This document shows, piece by piece, positions 61,950 to 64,000 of a stretch of 64,000 nt of DNA. Source of the stretch: Lingula anatina (lineage: Eukaryota > Animalia > Brachiopoda). Location: positions 53,112,788 to 53,176,787 of the forward strand of contig CM120640.1 of the NCBI GenBank assembly GCA_051362555.1, written 5' to 3'. The translations under genes and the position numbers were made by a program. The stretch's first letter is position 1, and each line of letters begins with the position of its first letter. The notes beneath the pieces were generated by a model, which was given only the letters and a program-made list of their open reading frames with translations, made no database searches and was not told the DNA's origin.

Positions 61950-64000
61950 ATTTCATAATAATGAAATTTTCAACTATACTATAATCAAATGCTACTGGAC
62001 ACAAGTTGAATCTCTGAACAAATTATATTTTATCCAGAATTTGAGAAAAAGTACACCATTGTGTAAATTAGTACAATTGCCAAGTGCCAAATAGGTTCAT
62101 AAACAAGTAGACATCCACGTGTGCTGAAGGGTTGGATACACCTGTAAGCTAGTGTTACCCCAAAAGGTTCAAGTATTTTATTATTATCTATGAAATTACG
62201 TACAGTTGTTGATACGAGATACAAGCTTACCCGTTGAAAAATAATGCATGATATACATGGTGATGGTATATAACTTTTACCCTCCTTGTTAACTTGTTAA
62301 ATATACATTACTTATAAACACTTGTTAAGTTTTATGTAAATTATATTCTTCACTACAACAAATATATCCAAGTGTCACTATATTCTTTTTTTTTTTCAAA
62401 GACTATATATGAACTCCCATTGCAAGCTATATTCCAGTAATTAATGATATTGCATGTAAAAAGGCAGTTTTATAAAAGTATTTTGAATGAGCGTTTTCCT
62501 TCCAAACTTATGTATGTTACATTGGAGGCTCCACTGTACATAGTTTTGTATTTAATTGTTTAAGGATATGATAACAATTTGGCTAGGGGTGCCATGAGAC
62601 TTTTTATCTTCCCCCCCCCCCCCCCTCCCCTGGTTGGGAAAAGTTATGTGTTGATGAAAAATTCACCATGCAGTAATAGTTAAGGAAGAAAATTGAGCAA
62701 AGATGATACGTTGTACCACAGTTAATTTCGTAAGTCCCACAATATCTAGTCAAAGAGCTATCTTGTTAGCACATGTATTCAAATGTATAGGGGCACTTGT
62801 GATTCTAATACATGTGCGCGTGCACACACACATAGACACACACATAAAGGCAGCACTTTTACACATTTTGCATTTTTGTTGTAAAAGGTGCCAGTAACAA
62901 TATGGAACAATACAGTGTTATCTTGTTGCCCATTCTCTTAGTTGTACATGCACGTCTACATGTAAAGACAGGCAACATATTGTGTAAAACTTAGTAAATT
63001 GTTTTAGTATCTGTTAAACATACATGACCAGTACTCTAGCCAAATGTAAGGAATAATATTTCTTATAATTGAGAATGGACCAGAAAATGCAGCAAGATAC
63101 TTGTTTAAGCTTAATGCATTGAATGGTATTACTTGGGCCTTTACAAAGCAAGCATATATAGTTTGGTGTACAGAATGGCTATTTTGCAGGATAATTAATT
63201 TCAAATACATCTATTAAACAATTAACAATGTACTCTGGTGCTGTTCATTCTTATCTAGTAGAGAATTGGTAACTGTACCTATTAAATGAGAATATATAGT
63301 TGATCATATTTAAAAGTTAACCTTAATTATCATTGTACAAGCCTGTATACATGTAGTAAATTAGCAGTTATCTTAATTCAAACTAAGTTGAAACCACTTA
63401 AGTGTTCATTTTTAAGTTATTTAGATCAAAGCATTGGTATCATTTATTTTTTTACAGCAGGGCACTTTCATGATGTGGTCAGCTTGAGAATGGAGGGGTG
63501 TTTTGAGATTCTTTTTTAATTGTGTAATGCAGAGGTATCGATAAATTACATGCAATATGTGCATATTGTGTAGCATTTGATTCAATTGCTAAAAATATTG
63601 TACATTCAGTTTTGGGTACAATTTCATTGTTATGAGCCTGTGTATATAATGATCACTTGTCTGTCCTGTTGCCTCCAGTTTTTATCTAGTTTTCTCAATA
63701 TCTTGGAAGTCACTTTACTTCTCTGCAGTAATTTCTGGGACAAAATGCAAGTAAAGTTTAAAATTAAGCCCAAGAGGATTGCCTTTTTATTGTGCATTTT
63801 ATTTTTATTATCATGATTTTGCCTTTAAGCATGTATTTTTTCTATATCACAGGTTCTATCAGGATATCTGAAAAACTAGTTAATTTCAACTTCATTGTTT
63901 TACATTTTTTTTTTCATGCCAAAACTGATGTTGTTACCAATTCTGGTTTGAAACAGGCTCTAAGATGTATGTTTGTCAGCTTCAATTAACTTCGTTTTTA

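Overview
AT-rich, intron-rich metazoan DNA, probably from an invertebrate (a lophotrochozoan is my guess; the taxon cannot be fixed from sequence alone). Three protein-coding genes can be reconstructed by hand. (1) A single-coding-exon, probably secreted/GPI-anchored Cys-containing protein (3124-3807, minus). (2) A 5-exon kinase-fold gene (6698-9605, minus, about 547 aa) whose catalytic loop lacks the HRD His and Asp, so it is a probable pseudokinase. (3) A 19-coding-exon ABTB2/BTBD11-family gene (37230-61949, plus, 1075 aa; histone folds, ankyrin repeats and BTB) with one GC-AG intron. The 11-27 kb interval is a dense transposon cluster. It contains a CMC/EnSpm-like element carrying a nested Gypsy relic and a nested 6-bp-TSD MITE, Harbinger-like MITEs, an Academ-like element with ~790-bp TIRs, and a 5'-truncated L1/Tx1 LINE with a 14-bp TSD. 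I found no CRISPR, rRNA or tRNA genes and no clear-cut new multi-gene system. The most unusual items are the pseudokinase, the fused H2B-H2A-like module in the BTB protein, and the 6-bp-TSD elements. Family assignments rest on motif recognition only; no database search was run.
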